DNA from: Candidatus Poribacteria bacterium | GTDB taxonomy: Bacteria; Poribacteria; WGA-4E; WGA-3G | Reading direction: 5' to 3' | Assembly (NCBI GenBank): GCA_965205015.1 | Contig: OZ242029.1 | Location: 4,320,001 to 4,384,000, forward strand | DNA length: 64,000 nt | The notes under the pieces: model-generated | Databases searched by the model: none | Seen by the model: the letters and a program-made list of their open reading frames with translations, nothing else | What the model was told of the DNA's origin: nothing | Shown here: positions 20,657 through 30,525 of the stretch, piece by piece | Position numbering within the stretch: the first letter of the stretch is position 1 | How the letters are laid out: each line of letters begins with the position of its first letter | Made by a program: the position numbers and the translations under genes

Positions 20657-20752
20657 ATTCTGTGTTGTCGCGTGCGTTCATAAAGGAGGGTACCTGCGGC
20701 GACACCTACGTTGCGTAAGAAACCAGACCCCGATATTTATCCGTAAGGTAAA

Positions 20753-21601
20753 TTAAAAGAACGTTCCGAGATAGATTGCGCCGAGTCCGACGAATATATC
20801 CCATTTCATCCAACGTTGAATGGACGCGCAACTTTCTTTCGAAGCATCTTGACCCAGACGAATTGCCAAACCGATGAGCACCACATCAACACCGATAAGA
20901 ACAACAATCAAGTAGTGCCATGAATACCAACGAAATAGATATGGGATAGGACTAAAAAGAATAACAGATGCCATGAAGCCGATGGCTGTCCAGACTGCGA
21001 TGCCTGGATTGAGCGTAGCAAGCGTTTTCGCGTTATTTTTCAGGTCGCCTTCTGTATCCTCAAGGTCTTTGACGATTTCCCGCGCCGTTGTGAATAAAAA
21101 GGCGAAGAGTGCTGGAATGAGCGTACCTTGCACCGAATCTATTGCTACACCGCCAGCAATGAAGGTTAAACCCGTTAATCCGCTAACGACTAAATTGCCG
21201 ACAAAAGGGGTACGTTTCAACCAGAAAGCGTAACTTACAAGCGCAATCGACACGAGAATAGCAATGACTGTTGTATTTCTGTTGATAAGGGTTCCCAAGT
21301 AGATGCCGATGACGGTAAGTACTATTGCCAAAATTAGTGCATTGGGACGCCGAATGCGTCCAGAAGGGAGCGGTCGGCGCGGACGATTAATGCGGTCAAT
21401 ATCGTAATCACAGTAATCGTTGATGGCGTTTCCGGCAGAAATCACGATAAGCGCGGCGAGAGAAACCAACAGAAGTCGGATATCGGCGAGATTTTCCACG
21501 TTCCCTTGGCTAGCAAACATCCCACCGAGCCACGCAGAGATGAAGGCGATGATTCCGTTCAGGGGTCGCGCTAACTCAACGTACGCGATCAATGTCTTCA
21601 T
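20753..21601 (-). CDS. Digeranylgeranylglyceryl phosphate (DGGGP) synthase-like UbiA prenyltransferase
   Basis: ELARPLN, AGNAINDYCDYDIDRINRPRRPLPSGRI, LKRTPFVGNLVV, AREIVKDLEDTEGD; multiple TM helices. Confidence 0.82.
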   Translation of the reverse strand: MKTLIAYVELARPLNGIIAFISAWLGGMFASQGNVENLADIRLLLVSLAALIVISAGNAINDYCDYDIDRINRPRRPLPSGRIRRPNALILAIVLTVIGIYLGTLINRNTTVIAILVSIALVSYAFWLKRTPFVGNLVVSGLTGLTFIAGGVAIDSVQGTLIPALFAFLFTTAREIVKDLEDTEGDLKNNAKTLATLNPGIAVWTAIGFMASVILFSPIPYLFRWYSWHYLIVVLIGVDVVLIGLAIRLGQDASKESCASIQRWMKWDIFVGLGAIYLGTFF

Positions 21602-21928
21602 GTTTTGTGATCGTGAGCATTGAATGATAGTCTATTAGGGATAACGGATACCGAAATGCGTTCCATACTGTCAGCACACGGACTGTAGTATGACTTGAAC
21701 GAAAGGAGGTACAGTAGAAAAAGAATGCTTGCGCAGAAACCGAGAACTTTCCCTCACAAATCGAGAATGGGCTGCCCTTTAGACAAAAGGGGTACACGGA
21801 GCAGATAAATCCGAGTGTGACTGATAGTAAAATGAGGATCAGATGCGCGAGGTTTCCGCGAAAAACGAGTAGACTCGGCACAAGGGAGCGTGTAAAAAAA
21901 TTGAAACCTCTCGTTTCCGGTAATATGC

Positions 21929-22981
21929 CTACGATTCATCCTCCAGTTCTTGAATTTTCGCTTCCAGTTCTGCAACTCGTTTTTGGAGTTTAGTGAATTC
22001 GGGGAGCAGTTCTGGCAATTTCCGAGTCGCTGCGTGAATCCGTAATTCCTGTTTGTGGGGACGTGCGGGGAATCCGGACAGATGACTGCCGGCAGGCATA
22101 TCCTTTGTAACTGCGGATTTGGCGTAAACGACACTGTCTTCGCCGAGAGTCAGATGTCCTGCTGCACCTCCATGCCCCGCGATATTTACTCGGTCCCCGA
22201 GTGTCGTGCTGCCAGCGATACCGACTTGCGCGGCGAGGCAGCAATCTTCTCCGATAACAACGTTGTGTGCGATTTGGACGAGATTATCCAGTTTAGTACC
22301 GCGTTTGATCAACGTTTCAGAGAGTGTTGCTCTATCAATAGTCGTATTCGCTCCAATTTCAACATCGTCTTCAATGACCACGGTTCCGATTTGGGGGATT
22401 TTGTGGTGTCGGTTACTAACGGGGGCGAATCCGAACCCATCGCTGCCAATAACTGCGCCGCAGTGGATGATCACGCGGTTGCCGATGGTGATTCCTTCTC
22501 GAATACTGACATGTGGGTAGATAAGACCGTCGGAGCCGATCTTGGTTCCTTCGCCGATGTAGGCAAAGGGTTGAATGATGGTATCATCTCCAATTTCAAC
22601 GTTATCAGCGATATAGGCAAACGCTTGGATTGAGACGCGCTCACCGAGTGTGACGTTCTTTCCTAAAATTGCGGTCTCATGAACCCCGGGCAGTGCGCGA
22701 TCGTTTTTGTCCCACGCGAACATTTCGATAACTTTGACGAAAGCCCAGTAGGGATTCTCAACACAGATAGTGGGCTTACCGTTACCATTGACACCGCGGC
22801 CAATAATAATGGCGCCGGCTTGTGTTGTCGCTATAGCGGCGACGTACTTGGGATTAGCAACAAAAGTAATTTGGCTTGGGAGTGCCTCTTTGATTCCAGA
22901 AACTCCTGTAATTTCGATATCACCGTCCCCAGAAAGATCGCCATCCAAGCGTTCACAAATTTCCTTGAGTTTCATACGCAT
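21929..22981 (-). CDS. lpxD: UDP-3-O-acyl-glucosamine N-acyltransferase
   Basis: Hexapeptide repeats; IGSDGFGF, KIPQIGTV, GANTTIDRA, TKLDNLVQIAHNV. Confidence 0.96.
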   Translation of the reverse strand: MRMKLKEICERLDGDLSGDGDIEITGVSGIKEALPSQITFVANPKYVAAIATTQAGAIIIGRGVNGNGKPTICVENPYWAFVKVIEMFAWDKNDRALPGVHETAILGKNVTLGERVSIQAFAYIADNVEIGDDTIIQPFAYIGEGTKIGSDGLIYPHVSIREGITIGNRVIIHCGAVIGSDGFGFAPVSNRHHKIPQIGTVVIEDDVEIGANTTIDRATLSETLIKRGTKLDNLVQIAHNVVIGEDCCLAAQVGIAGSTTLGDRVNIAGHGGAAGHLTLGEDSVVYAKSAVTKDMPAGSHLSGFPARPHKQELRIHAATRKLPELLPEFTKLQKRVAELEAKIQELEDES

Positions 22982-23046
22982 CTAACCCTAATCCTTTCTC
23001 CGTAGATTTTAACCGTGTCACCTTACGAAGTTTAGGCGGTGCAACA

Positions 23047-23643
23047 TTATTCAGGATTTCCGTCATTCTTTTCGCCTTCGTTCATCAAGCCGATTAACTG
23101 TTGTGTCAAATCGTGTTCCTTTTTCACATAAAGTGTGATGAGTCGTTTTTCGAGGATGATGTCATAATTTTCGGACTCACCGACTTTGACAATGAGTTCT
23201 TGAAGGTTGTTGTAAATCGGTTCCATTAACTCTTGCTCTTTTTCAAGCAGTGCCTGCTGACCGATTTGGACCTCACGTTGATATTCCTGCTGTTTGAGGC
23301 GAATTTCGTTATCCAAATCCGCGGTTTGTGCTTTTTCCACGAAGAGTTCAGTTTTCGCTTTCTTTTCTTGTAGCGTTCTGATGTCGTCTTCTAACTGCTG
23401 CAATTTCGTTTTCAGGCGTTCGCTTGCGGCTTGGAGCAGCTCAGTTGCATCCGTCGCTTTTTTGGATCCTTCTAAAACCTCTTGTGTGTTGACGACACCG
23501 ATTTTGAAAGATTCTTGTCCGATACTTCCCGAACTAAAACAGAAAACTGTAAGACCGATAATTAAGAGTGTGAGACGTGCTTGGTAAGCACCCAACCGAA
23601 ATGGTTTCATCAAATTCTTCGGGGTGAAAACCTCTGAATTCAT
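23047..23643 (-). CDS. skp: OmpH/Skp periplasmic chaperone
   Basis: KIGVVNTQEVL, coiled coil, YDIILEK...DLT; lies between bamA and lpxD. Confidence 0.85.
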   Translation of the reverse strand: MNSEVFTPKNLMKPFRLGAYQARLTLLIIGLTVFCFSSGSIGQESFKIGVVNTQEVLEGSKKATDATELLQAASERLKTKLQQLEDDIRTLQEKKAKTELFVEKAQTADLDNEIRLKQQEYQREVQIGQQALLEKEQELMEPIYNNLQELIVKVGESENYDIILEKRLITLYVKKEHDLTQQLIGLMNEGEKNDGNPE

Positions 23644-23774
23644 TCAGTAGAGGGAACCCCGCTCCTGTATTTTGCTTGACAAAAAGTGTCAAAATGTTAG
23701 ACTTAAGTTTAGTAACTTGAAGACGTTTGTTCGCTCGAACAACATCCAATGTAGTATAGCGCGGCGGCAATCAT

Positions 23775-26234
23775 TTAAAACCCGGGACCGACCGTGAAAT
23801 GGAATTTGCCAGCGGGTTCGCCGCTCACGCGATCCAAGCCATATCCCCAACCTAATCGTACTAACATGCCGAGCATGGTAAACCGAGCCTCAAGCCCGAG
23901 ACCTCGCTTCAGGTTGATTTGGCTGAAGACGTTTGTAGTGCTTTCATCCCACACCTGTCCTACGTCAAAAAACAGTGCTGCTGTGAGCTGCTGAGAAATT
24001 GGGACACGATACTCAAAGTTTGCGAAGAATACCTTATCACCACCGTAGGGATTAATAAATCCCGATTCATCTGGATCCGGATAGATTTCCCAATCTTCAT
24101 AGCCACGAATGCTATCTACACCGCCGAGGAAGAATCTTTCATAGAATAGGAAATAAGCATCGGTGCTTTCACTTCGCATGAGTCCGGCGCGACCATGCAC
24201 AGCGATAACGTGGTTCCACCATCCACTGTAGAACCAACTGGCGTCCGCATAATATTTCTGGAATTTGTTGTCGGCGCCAAGAATACCACCGGAGTATTCA
24301 TAAGAGAGCGTATTAAATGAACCTGCTGTTGGGTCAAACAGGGAGGTGCGATAATCGCGGGTATCTCTGCCAACGGAAAACAGAATGCTCCGTGTGGAAC
24401 GATTGTATAACTCTCGGTCTGGGTTGTGTGATTCCACGTGTTCATTGCGAAAACGTACCGACAGATCAATGTCGTGTGCGATGGGTCTTCCGAGCGTTAG
24501 GGACGCCCCTCGCCTTGCCCAAATATAGCGGTCGTAGAGGCCGTATGGGGAGCTGCTTCCCAAGTGACGACGGTTATAGAGGGCACCGATCGTTCCGTAG
24601 TAGCGACGGAAGCGTCGATTGTCGTAGATTCGGGCGTTAAGCCGAGTGGGTGTCCCCAAAATCCAAGGGGTTCCAAAACTGAGTTCGGCGGTATGGTGAT
24701 CTCTTGTGCCTAACTCGCCTTTGAGATGCACCCGATAGGCTCGTCCGCGAAAGTTGTTTTGTCCGACCTCAGCTACACCGAAGATACCGCCTTCGCTGCC
24801 GTACCCGCCTCCGACACTTAACATTCCTGTTCGTGGCGTTTCGGCGATATTAACTCTTAACTCCTTTCGGTTGTCTTCAGAGGTGTCACTTGGGACAAAA
24901 TCAACGGCGCGAATGAAAGAACCCATCTGGAATAACCGTTGTCGTGCTTTGCGGAGTGCTTTGACATCTAATAATTCATCGGACTTGATGTCCAGAAAAT
25001 CTAACTCGCGTTTAACAACGTGTTCTTGTGTTTTTTCTAATCCAGTAATGATGACTTTGTCAATAATGATGACATCCCCTTCGTTGATTTTTAGGGTAAT
25101 GTCAACGACGCCCTCCACCTCATTGAAGACGGGGGTCGGTATGACCTCTGAAAGTAGGTAGCCTTTGTCGAGATAAGCCTGCTGTAATTTTGCAATTGAT
25201 TCGTCAAAGGTCGCGCGGTTAAAAACCTCGCCTTCCGCCGGGTCAACCATCCTGCGTATTTTCTTTTCAGAAAAGAGTTCCTTAGCTCCGGCTTCCACCT
25301 CAAGTGTGTATGTCCCGATAATAAATTCGGGACCTTCATCAACACTAATGTCAAGCATTAAGCCGGTTTTGTCTTCCGTGAACCGTTTTTCGTAGCCGAT
25401 GACCTTCACTTGTGCAAAGCCTCGGTCCTGATAGTAGTTTCGGAGATTCAGTCCTAAGTCTTCTTCTTCAAACAGCATCTGATCGAAGTGTTTACCGGTG
25501 CGGGTTTTGAGTTTTTTCCGGAGTGTATTCGCCGAGAGTTGTGTGTTTCCGATGAAGTTGATTTCCTCAATTCGCACTCTCGGTCCTTCGTTTATCTCAA
25601 ACGTGACTTGAACGGTATTCGCCTCTTCGTCTTTATCGCCAAGGTGGGTTTGGATGCCGACGAGATAGTATCCTTTTTCGTGGTAGAGTTTCTGTAGTGC
25701 TCGCTCACTTTCCCACCGTCGCCGATCACTATAAATTTCTGAGGGGCGGAGTATAATCTCATCTTTAAGTTTGCCGGTACTCAAATTTTCATTTCCAATA
25801 ATGTTAATTCCGGAAATTTTAGGACTTTCGACGACCTTGTAAATGACCTCTAACCCGCCCTCTTCCAGAGGTTCTACATTTACGGTGAGTTCAGAGAAGA
25901 AGCCTGTGTCTTTAAAGAGGCTTTTCAGGTCTTGCGTGAGGAGTTCTTCAGAGATTTCCTGTCCAATCTGTGTCTGAATAAGCGTGCGCAGCATATCTTC
26001 GGAGGTAGTTTTCACGCCTTCAAAGGAGACTTTTTTGACACGGAGCAGCGAATCGTCAGTTGGTTTGGTGGTATCTGTTGTCGCTTTATCGGGTTCGGTC
26101 TCCACCTGCTGTTCGGTGATAGTGGCTGCCTGAGGACCAAATACTGGTTTTTCCGTTTCTTCTGCAAAACTGGTGATTGCTGCAAGTCCAATGCATAGAC
26201 TTATCAGCATAAAAACGTTTTTTGGTGCATTCAT
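23775..26234 (-). CDS. bamA: Outer membrane protein assembly factor BamA
   Basis: POTRA repeats, ERFFLGGVDSIRGY, C-terminal FHFTVGPGF; start moved to MNAPK to avoid overlapping ilvE. Confidence 0.93.
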   Translation of the reverse strand: MNAPKNVFMLISLCIGLAAITSFAEETEKPVFGPQAATITEQQVETEPDKATTDTTKPTDDSLLRVKKVSFEGVKTTSEDMLRTLIQTQIGQEISEELLTQDLKSLFKDTGFFSELTVNVEPLEEGGLEVIYKVVESPKISGINIIGNENLSTGKLKDEIILRPSEIYSDRRRWESERALQKLYHEKGYYLVGIQTHLGDKDEEANTVQVTFEINEGPRVRIEEINFIGNTQLSANTLRKKLKTRTGKHFDQMLFEEEDLGLNLRNYYQDRGFAQVKVIGYEKRFTEDKTGLMLDISVDEGPEFIIGTYTLEVEAGAKELFSEKKIRRMVDPAEGEVFNRATFDESIAKLQQAYLDKGYLLSEVIPTPVFNEVEGVVDITLKINEGDVIIIDKVIITGLEKTQEHVVKRELDFLDIKSDELLDVKALRKARQRLFQMGSFIRAVDFVPSDTSEDNRKELRVNIAETPRTGMLSVGGGYGSEGGIFGVAEVGQNNFRGRAYRVHLKGELGTRDHHTAELSFGTPWILGTPTRLNARIYDNRRFRRYYGTIGALYNRRHLGSSSPYGLYDRYIWARRGASLTLGRPIAHDIDLSVRFRNEHVESHNPDRELYNRSTRSILFSVGRDTRDYRTSLFDPTAGSFNTLSYEYSGGILGADNKFQKYYADASWFYSGWWNHVIAVHGRAGLMRSESTDAYFLFYERFFLGGVDSIRGYEDWEIYPDPDESGFINPYGGDKVFFANFEYRVPISQQLTAALFFDVGQVWDESTTNVFSQINLKRGLGLEARFTMLGMLVRLGWGYGLDRVSGEPAGKFHFTVGPGF

Positions 26235-26298
26235 AATCAATATTCTCCCATGTGTTGTAGGCTTTTCCACAGGCGCGTAAGCACGATCTGTTCCACTG

Positions 26299-27180
26299 TT
26301 ATACGTCGGTGGTATAGATTGGGGTGCCGCAGCTATGTGCAAACTGCCGAAATGCTGCAATGAGTTTTTCTGTCACTTTTCCGGGCTGCCCGTCTCCGAT
26401 GGCGCGCCGGTCTATTTTCACAACAGGTATAACCTCGGCGGCTGTGCCGGTGAGAAAACATTCATCTGCAATGTAAAGATCGTGCCGTGTGAAAACGCGT
26501 TCTTCGACGCGCATGCCAGCACGGCGTGCCAGATCGATAACACTGTTCCGGGTTACACCTTCCAAAATTCCCATGTGGACCGGTGGTGTGACAAGGACTT
26601 CATCCTTGACCCAGAAGATATTATCGCCACTACATTCAACAACATACCCCTCTGCATTAAGCATCAATACCTCTTCTGCACCGGACTGTTTGCCCTCAAT
26701 TTTGGCTAAAATATTATTTAGATAATTCAGCGACTTAATGCGCGGGTTAATGGCTTCTGAATAATTCCTTCGGACAGAGACAGTTACGATTTCCAAACCT
26801 TCTTCATAGAATTTTTGTGGGTACAGGGTGATTTTATCTGCAATAATAATGATGCTCGGCTTTGGACATTTATCCGGGTCGAGCCCGAGATCGCCTACGC
26901 CGCGCGTTACAACCAATCGAATATAGGCTTCACTGAGATGGTTCCGACGGAGTGTTTCCAGAACCGTTTCCTTCATCGTTTCAATAGAGATAGGGATCTG
27001 CAACATGATTGATTTTGCAGAATCGTAAAGTCGCTCAAGGTGATCGTCGAGTTTAAAGACTCTACCATTGTAGGAACGGATACCTTCAAAAACGCCGTCG
27101 CCGTAGAGTAAACCGTGATCGAACACCGAAACCTTTGCTTCTGCTTTTGGTAAAAATTCTCCGTCGATATAAATCAACAT
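26299..27180 (-). CDS. ilvE: Branched-chain amino acid aminotransferase
   Basis: FDHGLLYGDGVFEGIR, KSLNYLNNILAK, ECFLTGTAAEVIPV. Confidence 0.95.
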   Translation of the reverse strand: MLIYIDGEFLPKAEAKVSVFDHGLLYGDGVFEGIRSYNGRVFKLDDHLERLYDSAKSIMLQIPISIETMKETVLETLRRNHLSEAYIRLVVTRGVGDLGLDPDKCPKPSIIIIADKITLYPQKFYEEGLEIVTVSVRRNYSEAINPRIKSLNYLNNILAKIEGKQSGAEEVLMLNAEGYVVECSGDNIFWVKDEVLVTPPVHMGILEGVTRNSVIDLARRAGMRVEERVFTRHDLYIADECFLTGTAAEVIPVVKIDRRAIGDGQPGKVTEKLIAAFRQFAHSCGTPIYTTDV

Positions 27181-27260
27181 TTTTTAATTATGGCCTCCTG
27201 AGTTTTTAACTATGGGGCTTTTTCGCCACCGCTCCATTACATTCGTCCAGGGTCCCAAAG

Positions 27261-27938
27261 TTAAAAGACCTTTCCGTCAACGAGTTGGATAACCCGATCT
27301 ACTTGTTCGGCGAGTTCTTGATTATGGGTTACGATAACAAAAGTCTGCCCAGCTTTGGAATTCAAATCCCAGAGCAGTTCTAAGACGGCTTCGCTGCTCC
27401 GCCGATCGAGGTTCCCCGTCGGTTCGTCAGCGAGTACAACCTTCGGTTGATTAATCAGTGAGCGTGCAATAGCGACGCGTTGCCGTTCACCGCCAGACAA
27501 TTGGCTCGGATAGTGCGAAAGCCTTTCGGATAGCCCAACATAATCGAGTAATGATTCTGCCTCTTTATAAACCGTTTTATTATTTGATGATGTGATTAAA
27601 GCCCCCATTGCGACGTTTTCAAGTGCTGTAAATTCCGGTAATAGGTGATGAAATTGAAACACAAAACCGATTTCTTTGTTCCGAAATCGAGCAAGTTCTG
27701 TATCGGATAGTGTGAATATGTCTTGTTCGTCGTATAAAACGTTTCCGGCTGTTGGTTTATCAAGCGTTCCAATAATATGCAGCAATGTGCTTTTCCCTAC
27801 ACCTGATGCGCCGACAATTGCGAGCAATTCTGACATGTATATTTCCAGGTTGATACCTTGGAGAACCGGCAGTTCTGACTCGCCATCATAGTAGGATTTG
27901 TGTAGATCTACGACGCGGATAAGTGTCTCTATGCCCAT
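27261..27938 (-). CDS. lolD: Lipoprotein-releasing ABC ATPase
   Basis: GASGVGKST, GFVFQFHHLL, LSGGERQR, LADEPTGNLD. Confidence 0.92.
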   Translation of the reverse strand: MGIETLIRVVDLHKSYYDGESELPVLQGINLEIYMSELLAIVGASGVGKSTLLHIIGTLDKPTAGNVLYDEQDIFTLSDTELARFRNKEIGFVFQFHHLLPEFTALENVAMGALITSSNNKTVYKEAESLLDYVGLSERLSHYPSQLSGGERQRVAIARSLINQPKVVLADEPTGNLDRRSSEAVLELLWDLNSKAGQTFVIVTHNQELAEQVDRVIQLVDGKVF

Positions 27939-27947
27939 AGTTAAAAA

Positions 27948-29408
27948 TTATTCGTGTTGTAAGGCTTCAACCGGTTTCATGTTTGCCGCTTGCCATGCCG
28001 GATATAACGTCGCGAGCCAACAGATTAAAAGTGAAAGTATATTGATGAAAACAACAAAGAACCAGTTCACCTGTATCGGCAATTGATTCATCTGATAGAC
28101 TTGGCTCAGCCCGAGCTCTTCGAGCGAAATTGGTGTAACGGCACAGTAGAGCGCGAATCCTATTGCGACGAGCCATAAAACACTAATTGAGAACATCCAT
28201 CCCTTACGGCGAGGTATCGCTCGCCTGAGGGCAATTAGCACTTGTAGGCAAATTGGCACAATGAGTACACCGGCATACCAATAAGAGGGACGCTCTGCAT
28301 TGTAACTCAGAAGCCAGCAGAGAACGAGCCCCAAGACTGTGCCTAATATCGTTCCAAGCACCCCAATGACACTCCCTTGAATCATGAAAAGTCTCATAAC
28401 GTTTCCGCGTGAAGCACCAAGGGTTCGCAGTGTCCCAACATCTTTTGTCTTTTCCATCACGGTCATAATCAGTGTGCTTGCGATGTTAAAGGACGCGACC
28501 AGGATGATGAGCGCTTCAATAATGACAGTTGCGATCTTTTCCAATCGAAGTGCTGAAAAGAGGGGTGCCTGCATTTCCATCCACGTTCTGGCATCCGGCA
28601 TTCCCTCTAAGACGGAAAACTGAACTGTATCCTCAATCCGTCTGGCGATCCGGGACGCTAATTCCGCGTCGGTTAATCGAACAAAGATCGTATTGACCTG
28701 ATTCTCTTTGTTATAGATTTTTTGAGCGGCGTTTAAATGAATAAACCCGAAATTGTTGTCATAAACCGCCAGCTCGGACTCATAGAACCCAATCACGACG
28801 AAGTTCGCCAAGTCCGGCACGAGCATTGACTCGTTTACGGGGTGTTTCACAAGATTCACGATGAGTCGCAGCACGTCGCCTTTAATGACCCCGAGGCGAG
28901 CCGCCAAACGCCCTCCGAGTACAATCCCTCCTGTGATCGTTTCATCTCTGATGAGTCGCGCGCCTTCGATATACTCGGAGTCTTGGAGTTCAGTGGATCC
29001 ATCAACAAATTTTGAGAAGCCAGTGACTTTGTCTTCCTGAGCCGGATCAATGCCCTTGATGTAAATCACGTCCTGAATGCTGTGGCTGCGTTCCCGAAAA
29101 ATAGCGCTTTGCGCCCAAACAACAGGTGATGTGGCGACGACTTCCTCAATTGACTCAATCTGTGAAGTTCTTTTCTCGTAACTTTCAAAGAAACTGTTAT
29201 CGTGCAGCCGGAGAACAACGTGCGCTTCATTTGCGAGGAATCGCTCTTTGAGTCCCTGTTCAACACCATCTAATACAGCGATTACGAGAATCACTGTTGC
29301 CACACCAAGCGCGACACCCCCGATAGAAATAATACTGATAATTGAAATGAAGGATTGTTTGCGCCGTGAGCGTAGATAGCGGGAAGCTACGAACCATTCA
29401 AATCTCAT
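27948..29408 (-). CDS. lolE: Lipoprotein-releasing ABC permease LolC/E
   Basis: FVASRYLRSRRKQSFIS, VASFNIASTLIMTVMEKTKDVGTL, YPAWQAANMKPVEAL. Confidence 0.9.
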   Translation of the reverse strand: MRFEWFVASRYLRSRRKQSFISIISIISIGGVALGVATVILVIAVLDGVEQGLKERFLANEAHVVLRLHDNSFFESYEKRTSQIESIEEVVATSPVVWAQSAIFRERSHSIQDVIYIKGIDPAQEDKVTGFSKFVDGSTELQDSEYIEGARLIRDETITGGIVLGGRLAARLGVIKGDVLRLIVNLVKHPVNESMLVPDLANFVVIGFYESELAVYDNNFGFIHLNAAQKIYNKENQVNTIFVRLTDAELASRIARRIEDTVQFSVLEGMPDARTWMEMQAPLFSALRLEKIATVIIEALIILVASFNIASTLIMTVMEKTKDVGTLRTLGASRGNVMRLFMIQGSVIGVLGTILGTVLGLVLCWLLSYNAERPSYWYAGVLIVPICLQVLIALRRAIPRRKGWMFSISVLWLVAIGFALYCAVTPISLEELGLSQVYQMNQLPIQVNWFFVVFINILSLLICWLATLYPAWQAANMKPVEALQHE

Positions 29409-29413
29409 ATATC

Positions 29414-29977
29414 TTAAGACGAGATAGGCGCTAATGCATCATAGTCCGTTTTTAGCATCCCGTATCCCATTAAATCCTCAAAGGTATCCCATTTTTTTAT
29501 ATGTTGTCGGAAGCATCCTTCATACTGCATCCCGATTTTTTCCAGTACCCGTCCGGAAGCGGTGTTTCGCTTGAAGTACTTCGCATGAATTCGGTTCAAC
29601 TTCAGGACTTCAAAACTGTGCACAACGACAACCTTTGCTGCCTCGGTGCAATAACCGCGGTTCCAATACGGTTTCCCAATCCAATAACCGAGTTCGGCAT
29701 TCTCGTTCTCTCGGTCGAGTCTAAGTCCTATTCCGCCAATTAAGTTTTTGTCTGCTCTGAGCGTGATTGCGAAGTTTAGTGCTTCGTCTTTTTCAAACTT
29801 TTCGTAACAAGAACGAATCCATTTTTCAGCCATACCATCTTGATAAGGATGCGGCATACGGGTCAGCGTTGCTGCTATATCGCGATCGCCAGCAAGGCGT
29901 TGCACATCCTGAGCGTCCTCAAGTTTGAATGAGCGGAGTGTCAACCTCTCTGTGTGGAGTATTGGTGCGGTCTTCAT
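29414..29977 (-). CDS. GNAT (RimJ/RimL) acetyltransferase, copy 2
   Basis: LHTERLTLR, AELGYWIGKPYWNRGY, NTASGRVLEKIGM. Confidence 0.9.
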   Translation of the reverse strand: MKTAPILHTERLTLRSFKLEDAQDVQRLAGDRDIAATLTRMPHPYQDGMAEKWIRSCYEKFEKDEALNFAITLRADKNLIGGIGLRLDRENENAELGYWIGKPYWNRGYCTEAAKVVVVHSFEVLKLNRIHAKYFKRNTASGRVLEKIGMQYEGCFRQHIKKWDTFEDLMGYGMLKTDYDALAPISS

Positions 29978-30524
29978 TTTTCTGAAATTGACTCTTTAGT
30001 ATGCTGTATCGGATGGTATCTTCAAAAAAATATCTTTTCGGGTCTTTCGGAATATATTCAGCGTAGTGCATCCCGATTTTTTCCAGTACCCGTCCGGAGG
30101 CGGGATTTCGTTTGAAATAGTAGGCATAAACAGACTCGATGTCGTGCTCACGAAACCCATAAGCGACGACGGCTTTCACGGTTTCGGTGCAATATCCACA
30201 ATTCCAGTAAGATTTCCCGATCCAATAGCCAAGTTCTGCATCTTTGTAAGGTAAGTGAATCCGGAATGTCAAACCAATTTTGCCAATCAATGTTCCATCT
30301 GTTCTAAGTGTAACCGCAAAGTTCACCCTTTCTGATTTTTCAAACTCTTCATGGCACCATTGAATCCATTCCTCTGCTGTTCCATCTTCATAAGGATATT
30401 CTATTTCATCTGTGGTCGATGCCATATCGGGATCGTTAGCAAGATGTTGGACATCGGCGGCATCTTTACGTATGAATGAACGGAGTATCAACCTTTCTGT
30501 ATGAAGTATCGGTGCGGTTTTCAT
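29919..30524 (-). CDS. GNAT (RimJ/RimL) acetyltransferase, copy 1
   Basis: Paralogue of the next gene (both start MKTAPILHTERL); AELGYWIGKSYWN, NPASGRVLEKIGM. Confidence 0.85.
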   Translation of the reverse strand: MKTAPILHTERLILRSFIRKDAADVQHLANDPDMASTTDEIEYPYEDGTAEEWIQWCHEEFEKSERVNFAVTLRTDGTLIGKIGLTFRIHLPYKDAELGYWIGKSYWNCGYCTETVKAVVAYGFREHDIESVYAYYFKRNPASGRVLEKIGMHYAEYIPKDPKRYFFEDTIRYSILKSQFQKNEDRTNTPHREVDTPLIQT

Positions 30525-30525
30525 C

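Noticed and set aside
21576-21881. 101-aa ORF or possible ncRNA between lpxD and DGGGPS
   Set aside because: No protein motif or RNA family that I can recognise; left unannotated.
23676-23692. TTGACA-N5-TGTCAA dyad between bamA and skp
   Set aside because: Could be an operator or antisense promoter, but it is a single short dyad with no supporting context.
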